Shown here piece by piece: positions 52,239-61,822 of a stretch of DNA of 64,000 bases. Each line of letters opens with the position of its first letter. Position 1 is the stretch's first letter. The position numbers were made by a program, and so were the translations under genes. The DNA lies in contig OZ250169.1 in the NCBI GenBank assembly GCA_965237955.1, positions 7,008,001-7,072,000 of the forward strand, in the 5' to 3' direction. Below the pieces are notes generated by a model. The model did not search any database. It saw only the letters and a list, made by a program, of their open reading frames with translations, and had not been told where the DNA came from. Origin of the DNA: Candidatus Marinacidobacterales bacterium (GTDB taxonomy: Bacteria > Acidobacteriota > Vicinamibacteria > Marinacidobacterales > SMYC01).

Positions 52239-53492
52239 ATGAAAGACTGGGATTTCTCGCCGCCGCCCCGCTCCGAGCTGGGTGACCACGACGTGCGCTC
52301 GTTCGGCAAACACCTCGAGGGCAAGCGCGTCGCCCTCATGGTCTCCGGCGGGATTGCCGCGATCACAGCACCCTTCATCGCACGGGCTCTGAGAAAACAA
52401 GGCGCAACCGTCGTCGCGTATGCCTCCAAAGAAGGGCTCCGCTACACCACGGAAGATTCTCTCGAGTGGTCGACGACGAATCCGGTCATCACCCGGCTGA
52501 GCCCCTCGGCGGAACACCTCCACGACGCCGAGCGGTTCGACGGCTATCTCGTTGCACCAGCCACCTACAACACTATTAATAAGGTTGCACTCGGTATCGC
52601 CGATGGCGTCCTGACCGCGACGCTAGCGGCGGCCCTCGGCCGCATGGTGCGAGGCGACACGAAAGTGCTCATCGCCCCGACCATGCACGGCGATATGCAC
52701 TCGCCCATCCTCATCGACTCGATGAAAAAGCTCAGCGACATGGGCGTCCGCATCATCCCGCCGCGAGAGGACTACGGGAAGCACAACATTCCCGACACCG
52801 AAACGCTCGTGGCCGAAGTCTGCGCCGAGCTCGCCACATCGCCCTTGAAGGGACGCCGCATCCTCGTCACCGGCGGATCCACGCCGGTCCCGATCGATAG
52901 CGTCCGTCTCATCACCAATCGCTTCACCGGCAAACTCGGCACCGCCATCGCGGACGAACTCACCCTCCGAGGCGCCAAAGTCCAATTCGTCCTCGGAAAG
53001 ACGGGCCTCGTCCCGCCGTCCTATATCGAGTGCACCCACGCCCGAGACTACGACGAGTATCGCGACGCGGTCCTCGAAGCCCTGGGTGAAGGCGACTACG
53101 CCTGTGGCATCTTCTCGGCCGCCGTCGCCGACTACAAGCCCCGCGAAGTTGCCGAGGGCAAAATCCCTTCCGGCGGGGCACTCGAAAGCCTCGAGCTCGT
53201 GCCGACCGAGAACGTGATCAACCTCGTGCGCGAGCGCTTCCCCGATGTCCCCATGGTGTCGTTCAAGTACCAGGAGAACATCGACCACGAAGAGCTCATG
53301 CAGATCGCCCAAAGCCGCGTCGACAAAGGCCACCTGGCCGTCGTCGCCAACCGAGGCGAAGAAACAGGCGAAAACGGTGAGCAAATCGCCTACATCGTCA
53401 CCGCCGGCGCTGAGCCCGCGCGGTTCACCGACAAGCCCGAGATCGCCGGCGGCATCGCCGATTTCCTCGAGCAAAGCCTAGAATCACGTTAA
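52239..53492 (+). CDS. coaBC: Bifunctional CoaBC (Dfp) family flavoprotein
   Basis: SGGIAA, APATYNTINKVALGIAD, VTGGST..IDSVRLITNRFTGKLG, AAVADY. Confidence 0.88.
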   Translation: MKDWDFSPPPRSELGDHDVRSFGKHLEGKRVALMVSGGIAAITAPFIARALRKQGATVVAYASKEGLRYTTEDSLEWSTTNPVITRLSPSAEHLHDAERFDGYLVAPATYNTINKVALGIADGVLTATLAAALGRMVRGDTKVLIAPTMHGDMHSPILIDSMKKLSDMGVRIIPPREDYGKHNIPDTETLVAEVCAELATSPLKGRRILVTGGSTPVPIDSVRLITNRFTGKLGTAIADELTLRGAKVQFVLGKTGLVPPSYIECTHARDYDEYRDAVLEALGEGDYACGIFSAAVADYKPREVAEGKIPSGGALESLELVPTENVINLVRERFPDVPMVSFKYQENIDHEELMQIAQSRVDKGHLAVVANRGEETGENGEQIAYIVTAGAEPARFTDKPEIAGGIADFLEQSLESR

Positions 53493-53493
53493 C

Positions 53494-53522
53494 TTGACAT
53501 TCACATTGGGAGTGCGGATAAT
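53494..53522 (+). promoter_or_regulatory. Sigma70 promoter of the tRNA
   Basis: TTGACA-17-GATAAT. Confidence 0.75.
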
Positions 53523-53539
53523 ACTTGCCCCTACGTTGA

Positions 53540-53616
53540 CGCGGGGTGGAGCAGTCCGGTAGCTCGTTGGGCTCATAACCCAAAGGCCGCGGGTTCAAAT
53601 CCCGCCCCCGCCACCA
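53540..53616 (+). tRNA. tRNA-fMet (CAT), initiator type
   Basis: Cloverleaf; CAT anticodon; three G-C pairs in the anticodon stem; C1 unpaired; GGTTCAAATCC T-arm; encoded CCA. Confidence 0.96.
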
Positions 53617-53627
53617 TCTAAGTCCTT

Positions 53628-54010
53628 TCACTCCATCGAGTTCCCTTTTCCTACCAAGCCCGTCTCCACAATGTCTCCAAAACGAGAGACGGTTTTTGGT
53701 TGCTCCAAGATTCTGATCGCTTCTTCAACCGCTGCCGGACTCAGGTGCATGTACCGCTGGGTGGTCGTCAGGTCCTTGTGTCCAGCGAGTTCCTGGATCG
53801 ATCTTGCAGGCACTCCTTTCATCGCCAAATGACTACAAAAGGTGTGCCGCAAGATGTGAACTCCGCCGTTCGCAAGATTCGCCCGTCGCGCGGCCCGTGA
53901 CACAAAGCCCTGAACGCGCTTCTGAGTGAGGGGCTTGCCGTCCAATTCGCACACGACGCGTTCTCCCTTGAGATGCCGGTGGGCCTGAAGGGCTTCGGCA
54001 AGACGGGGTC
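53628..54010 (-). pseudogene. Tyrosine recombinase/integrase, C-terminal remnant
   Basis: HILRHTF..LAGH..TTQRYMH; N-terminus missing; abuts the tRNA 3' end. Confidence 0.85.
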
Positions 54011-54129
54011 GCCGGAGGAGCAACCGGCGCTGCTGAGTTGCCCGCCTCGATGCCGTAGGCCCCTCCAGCGTGACTGGATGAGCACACAGCTTTTTGTTAG
54101 ACTGGAAGCTGTACCGCTGTCAGACAATC

Positions 54130-54477
54130 ATGCCCCGCGTGACCCTCCGCCACCTCGAGACGCGTCGTGAGAAACTCATAGCGGAACTGGCTCAAATCGG
54201 GGAAATGCGGCCCGGGTCTCTCGTCGAGCGATTCCGCAAATGCGGCAAGCCCAATTGCCACTGCGCCGAACCTGGGGCCCTAGGCCACGGCCCGAGTTGG
54301 TCGCTCACACGCGAGGTCAAGGGTAAGACGGTAACGAAGATTATCCCGTCTGGCCCGCCGCTCGAACGCACGAAGGCACAGGTAGCCGAGTATCGACGTT
54401 TTCGACGCCTAAGCCGACAGCTCGTGGAGCTCAGCGAACGAATCGGCGAGCTGCGCCTGAGCACGATTAAACGGTGA
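54130..54477 (+). CDS. DUF6788-like IS-associated protein
   Basis: MRPGSLVERFRKCGKPNCHC...HGP.W.LT...GKTVT; its partner transposase is absent. Confidence 0.75.
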   Translation: MPRVTLRHLETRREKLIAELAQIGEMRPGSLVERFRKCGKPNCHCAEPGALGHGPSWSLTREVKGKTVTKIIPSGPPLERTKAQVAEYRRFRRLSRQLVELSERIGELRLSTIKR

Positions 54478-54692
54478 AGCTGACCATTACGCTGCTCCTC
54501 GCCTGGCCTTCCTCCCTCTAACGTCCGCGTCGTGTCACGAAATAACACGGAGTCTGCCCCCAGATTCCCGAAGATTCGCACCGAACACCACTTGGGCGCC
54601 TAACCCCGCGTCAATAAAGACACGGCCTCCAGAGACCCCCGGAATAGGCCACGAAGCTTGTGACGAAAAAGGGCCTTCAGAGGCGATTTTTG

Positions 54693-55783
54693 GTTGCCTT
54701 GGTGCACAACTCGCGATCTCGGTCCACAATTGTCCTTTACTCACGGATTCGAGGTTCCCCATGAGCATTTTCAAACGCACTCAGCGGAAGTATGTGAAGA
54801 AGGCCTATCGCGTGAGGAATTGGCGTGAATATGAGGCGGGTCTACGCAACCGTGGGAGCCTGACCGTCTGGATCTCGCTCACCGCCGGCAAGCTTGTGAA
54901 CTGGGACGCGCCCCGGCCGAGGAGGAGGAAACCGGGCCGTCAACGCAAGTACTCGAACCACGCCATCGAGACGGCTGTCACCCTGGGCATGGTGTTTCAT
55001 CTGTCATCTAGGCAGAGCGAGGGATTGCTGCGATCGTTGTTCGCTCTGATGAAGCTAGACAATGATGTGCCCGATCACACCACGATCTCGAGGCGCAAGG
55101 CGAAGCTGGGTAAGGTCCCCTTCTACCAAGACAAGCAGAAGACGCCGTTGCACATCTTGATCGACAGCAGCGGTCTCGCTGTCCACGCCGGCCAGCTGCG
55201 CAGAGCACCAAAGAGCAGGGACTATCGCAAGCTCCATCTGTGTGTCGACGAGCAGAGTGGCGAAGTCGTCGCCGGCGAGCTGACGAGCAAAAGAGCCCGC
55301 GATTCATCGCGGGTTGCATCGCTTGTCGGACAGATCGACAGTCCCATCTCATCGGCCAGAGCTGACACCGCATACGACGCCGGCGGCGTCTATGAGGCAA
55401 TCGAGAATCACAGCGCTCATTGCTCGCCGAGGGTGCTGATACCGCCGCGCAAGGGCGCCCAGCTCGCATCGGGGCCGGCGAGCAGCCGACAGCGCAATCG
55501 CAACATTGCAGCACAAGCTCGGCTCGGCAAACGAAAGTGGCACACAGAATCGGGCTACAGCAAACGGAGCAAAGTCGAGACAACGTTCCATCGCTACAAG
55601 GCTATCGTGGGCTCAGCGATGCGAGCGAGAGGGTTGGCGGCACAGAGAGTCGAGGCAAGGATCGGGTGCAAGATTCTGAACACCATGACGGCGCTCGGGA
55701 TGCCTGATAGCGAGATGATCGGATGATGGGAGTCGGGGCCAAGCGAGCTCTCGGCCTCTATCGGAGTTGTGCACCAAGGCAAC
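54693..55783 (+). mobile_element. IS5-family (IS903-like) insertion sequence
   Basis: Perfect 20-bp inverted repeat GTTGCCTTGGTGCACAACTC (54693-54712 / 55764-55783); no clear target duplication. Confidence 0.88.
54761..55726 (+). CDS. IS5 family transposase
   Basis: YRVRNWREYE..LRNRGSLTVW, VPDHTTISRR, IDSSGL, ADTAYD, GYSKRSKVET. Confidence 0.94.
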   Translation: MSIFKRTQRKYVKKAYRVRNWREYEAGLRNRGSLTVWISLTAGKLVNWDAPRPRRRKPGRQRKYSNHAIETAVTLGMVFHLSSRQSEGLLRSLFALMKLDNDVPDHTTISRRKAKLGKVPFYQDKQKTPLHILIDSSGLAVHAGQLRRAPKSRDYRKLHLCVDEQSGEVVAGELTSKRARDSSRVASLVGQIDSPISSARADTAYDAGGVYEAIENHSAHCSPRVLIPPRKGAQLASGPASSRQRNRNIAAQARLGKRKWHTESGYSKRSKVETTFHRYKAIVGSAMRARGLAAQRVEARIGCKILNTMTALGMPDSEMIG

Positions 55784-56052
55784 GGCTCACGGCGATCTTC
55801 GTCCTCCACGCAGCCCTGGCTGCGAGCGAGGTTCGGAAGAACGTTCCGATACCGATGCGCGACGGCGTGAAACTCACCGCCGACATTTATTTGCCCGACG
55901 GGCCTGGCCCGTTTCCGGTCCTTCTCAGCCGGACGCCCTACGACAAAACCCGGCGCGTCATACGCGCGGAGAAGTTCACGCGGAACGGGTACGCAGTCGC
56001 TATCTCAAATGTGTTCTTTCCTCATGACGACGACCAAAGCGATGGGAGCTAG
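55784..56052 (+). pseudogene. CocE/NonD-family hydrolase fragment
   Basis: IPMRDGVKLTADIYLP..PFPVLLSRTPY..NGYAV; cut by the IS5 at the 5' end and truncated at the 3' end. Confidence 0.8.
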
Positions 56053-56143
56053 GCCTCACCTTGTGAGAGGAGACAAAAGTAGTTTCGGAGCGACAAAATA
56101 CTACCGGGAGCGTTCCGGCTGCAAACGCTTCACTGTGGAGGCG

Positions 56144-59100
56144 TTAGAGGCCGATGCTTTTTCTCAAGTCGGCGACGGCGACGGCGGGGTCGTCCCCTCC
56201 CCCGTTGAGAGCGTCGTGAGTCGCGGACTCGAGCACGCGTTCGAGCTCGAGGAGGGCCTGTTGGGTTTCGTCCGCCGCTCGTCCCCGGGCGTGGATGTCT
56301 CGTCGGAGTGACGCCGCGCCAGCCTTTTGCGAGCATGTGAGATACGTCTTCAGAACGTCGCCGATTCCGACGCCGGTTGACTTCGGCTTCGAGTTCGACT
56401 TCATCATTCTTGCGAAAAAGTCGACGCCGGCGTGATTCACGACGTGATTCACCGCAGCCGTGGCGATGATCTCGCGTCTCAGCGGATGCTCGACAAAGAA
56501 CTCCGCAAACGACTCGCGCAGCCGATCCGGGAAGTAACCGTCGAGGAAGGGCGCCCCCTCCTCGCTATCGGGAACGTCGGTCTCGAGAACCTGGGACAAA
56601 GCCCAGATTTTGACGTGGCCGAGAAGGAGTGCTAAGAGCGGTCGCATCAGCCCCCGCTCTTGACCGGTCACGCCTTCTCCGACCCCATCCCCATCCCCGG
56701 GTTGCAGCGCGGCTGGCTCTCGTAGCTCGCTCCACGGCGGGACGGCATCGTCCTCGCGGTTCATGATGCCTTCGCGCATGAGCTCTCTGAGTAACTCCAG
56801 GAAGTCCTCGCGGCGCTCAGCGCTCCGTTTCCCATCCAACGTGAGGGCGAGAGCTTGAGCGGCGTTGTCCGCCAGCGCGAGGGTGGCCACGTCTTCGGTC
56901 ATGTCCCTGAAGATGCGGTTGCGCTCGTCGCGGCTCGGAAGCGCGCCTCGCTTCACCAGCATGTCCATGAGGATCTTGATGTTGACCTCGTGGTCGGACA
57001 TGTCGACGCCACCCGAGTTGTCCACGGCATCGGTGTTGATGATGCCTCCGTTGGCCCAATACTCGAGACGTGCCTTCTGCGTGAAGCCAAGGTTACCCCC
57101 TTCACCGACGACGCGCGCCCGCACATCGATAGCGTCGACGCGCACGCGGTCGTTCGCCCGGTCCCCGGCATCGAGATGCTCCTCGCTCGTCGCCTTGACG
57201 TATGTCCCGATGCCGCCGTTGTAGAGCAAGTCCACGGGCGCTTTGAGAATGCACCGGATCATCTCCTCGCCACTGACACTGAGATTGTCGCGATCCTTGT
57301 CGATCCGCAAAATCTCCTTCATCTCTGGCGTCACCGAATTTTTTTTTGCAGACCGGTCGAAGACTCCACCGCCGTCGCTGATGGCCGACGCGTCGTAGTC
57401 GCGCCAGCTCGATCGTGGTAGCCGGAACAGTCGCTCTCGTTCTTCGAAGCTCTTTTCCGGGTCGGGATTCGGATCGACGAAGATGTGCACGTGGTTGAAT
57501 GCCGCCACGAGCTTGATGGTGCGCGATCGGAGCATCCCGTTGCCGAAAACGTCCCCGCCCATATCACCGATACCAACAATGGTGAAGTGGTCCTGGTTGA
57601 CGTCGATGCCGAGGTTGTGAAAGTGATGTTTGATGCACTCCCACGCCCCCCGGGCGGTGATCCCGACTTTCTTGTGGTCGTAGCCGACGCTGCCTCCGGA
57701 AGCGAATGCATCACCAAGCCAAAAGCCGTAGTGCTTGGCTACCGAGTTGGCGGTATCGGACAGGTGTGCCGTCCCCTTGTCGGCAGCCACCACGAGGTAC
57801 GGATCGTCGTCGTCATGGCGAACGACCTCGGGCGGATGGACGACATCTCCGTTGACCATGTTGTCGGTGACATCGAGAAGGCCTGAGATGAACTCCCGGT
57901 AGCGGTCGATGAGGTATCCATCGAGCGCCGGCCGCGGGGGAAGCTCGCCTTTCAAGACGAAGCCGCCTTTCGAGCCCACTGGGACGATGATAGAGTTTTT
58001 GACCATCTGCGTTTTCTGCAGGTCGAGGATCTCGGTTCGGAAGTCGTCGTGCCGGTCGCTCCACCGGATACCGCCTCGGGCCACGCGTCCGCCGCGCACG
58101 TGGATACCTTCCAGGCGGCGGGAGTGGACGTAGATCTCGAACATCGGGTTCGGCGAGGGCATGCCTTCGACCTGGTTGCTCTCGACTTTCATCGAGAACA
58201 CCGGCCGCTCCGGCCGCTGGTAGAAATTCGTGCGCACCGTCGACGCGATGAGGTTCGAGAACGCCCGCAATACTTCGTCATCGACGAGGTTTCCGACATC
58301 GTCGAGAGCACCCTGCAAATCGGCCTCGACCTGACGCTCGACTTCGGGCCGCTCTTTGTCGAGAGCTGGATCGAAGCGCGCCTCGAACGCTCGATAGAGC
58401 GCCCTCGCCGCATCCGAGTTCGAAAGCAAAACGCCGTCGACCGTCTCGAGATTGTAGTGCGGGCGAATCTGCTGGAGGTGCGCGCGAAACGTCCGTAACA
58501 CCTCGACGTGACGCCAGTCGAGACCGGCTGTCAATATCAGAGAATTGAGAGACCCATCCGTGGCGCGCTCCTCGTCGAGTGCTCGAAGAGCTTCTGCGAG
58601 CCGATCGGCGCCATCGACGACAGCGGCGATACGCTCCGCGGTGTCTTCGATCTCGTAGCGGTGCATATGCGCCGTCCGGCGCGACGGCAGTCGGATCTCG
58701 ATGTGCAGTTCCCCGGTGACTCCGAGACCGAGATTGCGGAGCGTTGTCAGCGTCTCGATGAAGCTCAACGGACGTGTCGCGTATATCTTGAGCGTCGCGT
58801 GCTCGGGCGAGCGCGGCACCACGGCCACTTGAAGCCGGGCATCGAGAAGCTCCAGCCGCTCGACGTCAAAAGGCACCTCCTCGGGAGGTGTCGCCTCGCG
58901 ATAGATTCCACTGCGGGTGTCGTGAGTAATCCAGCGCGCGAACAGCCGTCGACCCTCTCGCTCCCCGAAGGCTTCCGTCAGCGCACGTGAGACGGTATCC
59001 ATCCACGTGGTGATGATGTCTTCCGTTACCCGGAGTGCCAGGTCCTCGTCGATGGGATGTTCCAATCGATCGAGATCAAAATAGAAAATGAGAACTTGCG

Positions 59101-60502
59101 CCGGCCCCGCATCTTCAGAAGCGGTGAAACCGATCGGGCCGAATCGCTCCGAAAAGGCTCGACGCAACGCGGTCTCGGCTTCGTACGAGTAGCGAAGCTT
59201 CGAAAACGCGAGATACAAAGCAGCGTAGCCCGGGCCGATACGATGGTGCACCGCGATCTCATCGTCTCCAGTGATGTGAACGATGCGATCGAAAAACGGC
59301 TTCAGCTCTTCTGCCGGAGCGTAGAACAGCTCTCTTCGCGGGAAGCGGTTGAACAGGGCGCGGACTTGGCGGAAGGCATGGGACATCGATGCCGCGCCGC
59401 TCCGGTCGATGAGCCACTGACGCTTCTCACGTAGCAATGGCACGTCGGCGGCCCGTTGAGCGAAGGCCCCCTGAGAGAAGCGACCGAGCAGAAACGTCGC
59501 CCGCTCGAGCTTGCCATCTTCTCCCCAGTGTCGGATCACGATGTCGTCGATCGGCTCCAGATGGTAGATCGCGAACGCGTCGCTGCAGTAGTCGATCTCT
59601 ACGATCCGCTTGTCTTCCGACGCCGGCGCCAACTGGCTCTCGACCTTGTCGACGAGCCCGGGAAAGACGATCGGCAGCAACGCCGGATCCCGAAACGCAC
59701 CCAGGGCGCTCTCGGGGATACGATCCGCCGAGCCGTCGGCGCCCATGCGGTAGCTCATGATGCCCATGAGGATGAAGTTCTCGTCGGCAAGCCACTTCAA
59801 GAACGCGCGCGCAGGTTCGAGGTCTTCGGCTTCGTCGAGTCGGGATCGGAGCTCGGCGGTCACGCCCACGACCGTACTCGTCATCTCCTCGAAGTCTTCG
59901 AGAGCGAGGAACAGACACTTCAACACCGAGAAAATCTCGTGCTGCACGCGCCGCAAGTGCTCCTTCGACTCGATGTGCTCGATACGGAACCGGCACAAGA
60001 GCTCCTTGTCCCCTTCGGCGTACGCGTCGCCGATCCACTCGACTCGCTCCCATTGACGACGCACCGTGAGAATCGGGTGGATCGCCGAGAACACGCGCAA
60101 GCCTGCCTTGCGGAAGTAGTTCATCAGGCTGTCGAAGATGAACGGGGCGTCTGGCGTATGCGTCTCGACGATGGTCGTCGCAATCGGCATCGCCTTCCCG
60201 CCGACGGGGTGGAGCGATTCCTCGTCACGGGAGTGGCGCGCCACGACGTGCAAGCCGGGCAGGCCGCGATAGAGCTGGGTCGGCGGGGGAAGCTCCTTGA
60301 CGAAGAATCTGAAATTGTCCCAGAGCCGCTCGGCCAGATCCGCGGCGCTGATACCCTTGCCCATCCACTCGGGAAGCCCGCTGTAGACGACTCTAGCGAA
60401 CGACTCGAGAAGCTCCCAGTTCTCGTCGGGCCTCGTCTTCTCGAGATGCTCCAGGATCTCGTCCAGCCTGCGGGCTTTTTCTTCTGCGCTGACGCTCAAC
60501 AT
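56144..60502 (-). CDS. Large NAD-specific glutamate dehydrogenase
   Basis: GGRVARGGIRWSDR..DFRTE, VPVGSKGGF, VVAADKGTA, FASGGS, GIGDMGGDVFGNG, EGGNLG; start moved to ATG 60502. Confidence 0.95.
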   Translation of the reverse strand: MLSVSAEEKARRLDEILEHLEKTRPDENWELLESFARVVYSGLPEWMGKGISAADLAERLWDNFRFFVKELPPPTQLYRGLPGLHVVARHSRDEESLHPVGGKAMPIATTIVETHTPDAPFIFDSLMNYFRKAGLRVFSAIHPILTVRRQWERVEWIGDAYAEGDKELLCRFRIEHIESKEHLRRVQHEIFSVLKCLFLALEDFEEMTSTVVGVTAELRSRLDEAEDLEPARAFLKWLADENFILMGIMSYRMGADGSADRIPESALGAFRDPALLPIVFPGLVDKVESQLAPASEDKRIVEIDYCSDAFAIYHLEPIDDIVIRHWGEDGKLERATFLLGRFSQGAFAQRAADVPLLREKRQWLIDRSGAASMSHAFRQVRALFNRFPRRELFYAPAEELKPFFDRIVHITGDDEIAVHHRIGPGYAALYLAFSKLRYSYEAETALRRAFSERFGPIGFTASEDAGPAQVLIFYFDLDRLEHPIDEDLALRVTEDIITTWMDTVSRALTEAFGEREGRRLFARWITHDTRSGIYREATPPEEVPFDVERLELLDARLQVAVVPRSPEHATLKIYATRPLSFIETLTTLRNLGLGVTGELHIEIRLPSRRTAHMHRYEIEDTAERIAAVVDGADRLAEALRALDEERATDGSLNSLILTAGLDWRHVEVLRTFRAHLQQIRPHYNLETVDGVLLSNSDAARALYRAFEARFDPALDKERPEVERQVEADLQGALDDVGNLVDDEVLRAFSNLIASTVRTNFYQRPERPVFSMKVESNQVEGMPSPNPMFEIYVHSRRLEGIHVRGGRVARGGIRWSDRHDDFRTEILDLQKTQMVKNSIIVPVGSKGGFVLKGELPPRPALDGYLIDRYREFISGLLDVTDNMVNGDVVHPPEVVRHDDDDPYLVVAADKGTAHLSDTANSVAKHYGFWLGDAFASGGSVGYDHKKVGITARGAWECIKHHFHNLGIDVNQDHFTIVGIGDMGGDVFGNGMLRSRTIKLVAAFNHVHIFVDPNPDPEKSFEERERLFRLPRSSWRDYDASAISDGGGVFDRSAKKNSVTPEMKEILRIDKDRDNLSVSGEEMIRCILKAPVDLLYNGGIGTYVKATSEEHLDAGDRANDRVRVDAIDVRARVVGEGGNLGFTQKARLEYWANGGIINTDAVDNSGGVDMSDHEVNIKILMDMLVKRGALPSRDERNRIFRDMTEDVATLALADNAAQALALTLDGKRSAERREDFLELLRELMREGIMNREDDAVPPWSELREPAALQPGDGDGVGEGVTGQERGLMRPLLALLLGHVKIWALSQVLETDVPDSEEGAPFLDGYFPDRLRESFAEFFVEHPLRREIIATAAVNHVVNHAGVDFFARMMKSNSKPKSTGVGIGDVLKTYLTCSQKAGAASLRRDIHARGRAADETQQALLELERVLESATHDALNGGGDDPAVAVADLRKSIGL

Positions 60503-60796
60503 GTCGTTTTGAAGTCTCCCCGACCACGGCGGAATGCAATCTATTAGTGTAATCCGGACTTGCGCATGATGCCATTTAGATGCGCGGCAACTGTACTTGG
60601 CGGACGCCGCCATGTGGCCATCGGCCGTCAGCTTGTGGGAGGGCTGCTAATAATGATGGGTAGAGCGGATGTGGAGGTAGGCGGGGACGATGGCGAGGTG
60701 TCTGACGAACAGGCACCACTCAAAGGCGACACCGGCAAGCATCACCCGCCGCGCCCCCCGACGGAAATCGATCCGGACGCCTGCCGAATGAGAGTC

Positions 60797-60842
60797 GGGG
60801 CGGGAGGGAGCCGTCTCCCCCCCGCCCCGCGTGTCATTTTTC
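60797..60842. terminator. GC-rich terminator-like hairpin
   Basis: GGGGCGGGAGGGAG-ccgt-CTCCCCCCGCCCC just after the lipoprotein stop. Confidence 0.5.
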
Positions 60843-60852
60843 AATCCCAATC

Positions 60853-61597
60853 TCAATCGATGACTTCAATTTCGACCGCTAGGTATGGTGACACGAGGTC
60901 GGCAGGGACTATGCCTTCGACCCGGACCGTCCTCCCCATCGCCGGTGCACTCAGTCCCGACAGGTCGAAGCACAGCGGGGGGAACGTCGGGCGAAACGAG
61001 CAGGCCCATATCGCCGAGGCAACCCATGGCCGGCGCGACGACCTCTCCCGTGGCCCGAATCTCGTCGTCGATACGAAACCTCAAGGCGACGAGACGATCG
61101 CCACTCCTCACACCGCGAGCGCGAAGCGGGAGGCCGAAACGGTCCGCGAGGAGCTCAGCGAGCTCCGCCGGCGGCAAGCGTTCCATGAGCGCCGGCTCGT
61201 TGTCGACCCGCGTCTCGTCGGCGACGATCACCACGGTATCTTTGATTAATACCTCCACCACGCAGCCGGAGCCGTCTGAGCAGATTTCGATGCCGAAGAA
61301 GAGTCCCCGAACACGATCGCCGTCGCCGTCATCACCGGAGGCTCCGCTGCTGTCGTCGTCGCTGTTGTCATCGTCACTGCTGTCGTCATCACTGCTGCTG
61401 TCGTCGTCGCTGGGATCATCACTATCGTCATCCCCGTCACCTTGCGACCGAGCGCTCGCGAGCCCGGTGACCTGCGCGTCCCCGCTTGCAACCGATGGTG
61501 CCGTCGTGCTGGTCGCATCGTCGCCGCAAGCCACGAATAAGCCGGCAACCATCAGCGCAAAAACCAACATGGCAATCCATTTCATCTCTTGATTCAT
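60853..61597 (-). CDS. Lipoprotein with an Asp/Ser-rich linker and two DUF5666-like beta repeats; frameshift at the C6 run near 60980
   Basis: Lipobox FVAC; (S)SDDD repeats; LRARG..LVALRFRID, and in the shifted frame VRVEG..LAVEIEVID* ending at 60853. Confidence 0.7.
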
Positions 61598-61822
61598 TCT
61601 CAACTCCAGGGTTCAGTGCAACTGCGAAATCCGGTGGTCGTGCGAACCCGAGCCACATCCACCGGCGACGCGCATTACGAAAAACCTTCCTGTACGGTAG
61701 AGGCATTGTCTTCCGACGAGGTTGGCGACGCGATGATCCGGCACACGCTTTTTTCGTGATGCTCTTCACTCACCCACAGTGACCACCGTCACACCGGGAG
61801 ACGAATTGTTAGACTATGCCCC

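Noticed and set aside
54090-54105. GTTAGAC integron attC-like cores (also near 6536)
   Set aside because: No matching RYYYAAC arm or complete attC hairpin could be built, and there is no IntI.
60560-60856. Small ORFs between gdh and the lipoprotein gene
   Set aside because: No RBS or motif support; they overlap the terminator hairpin.
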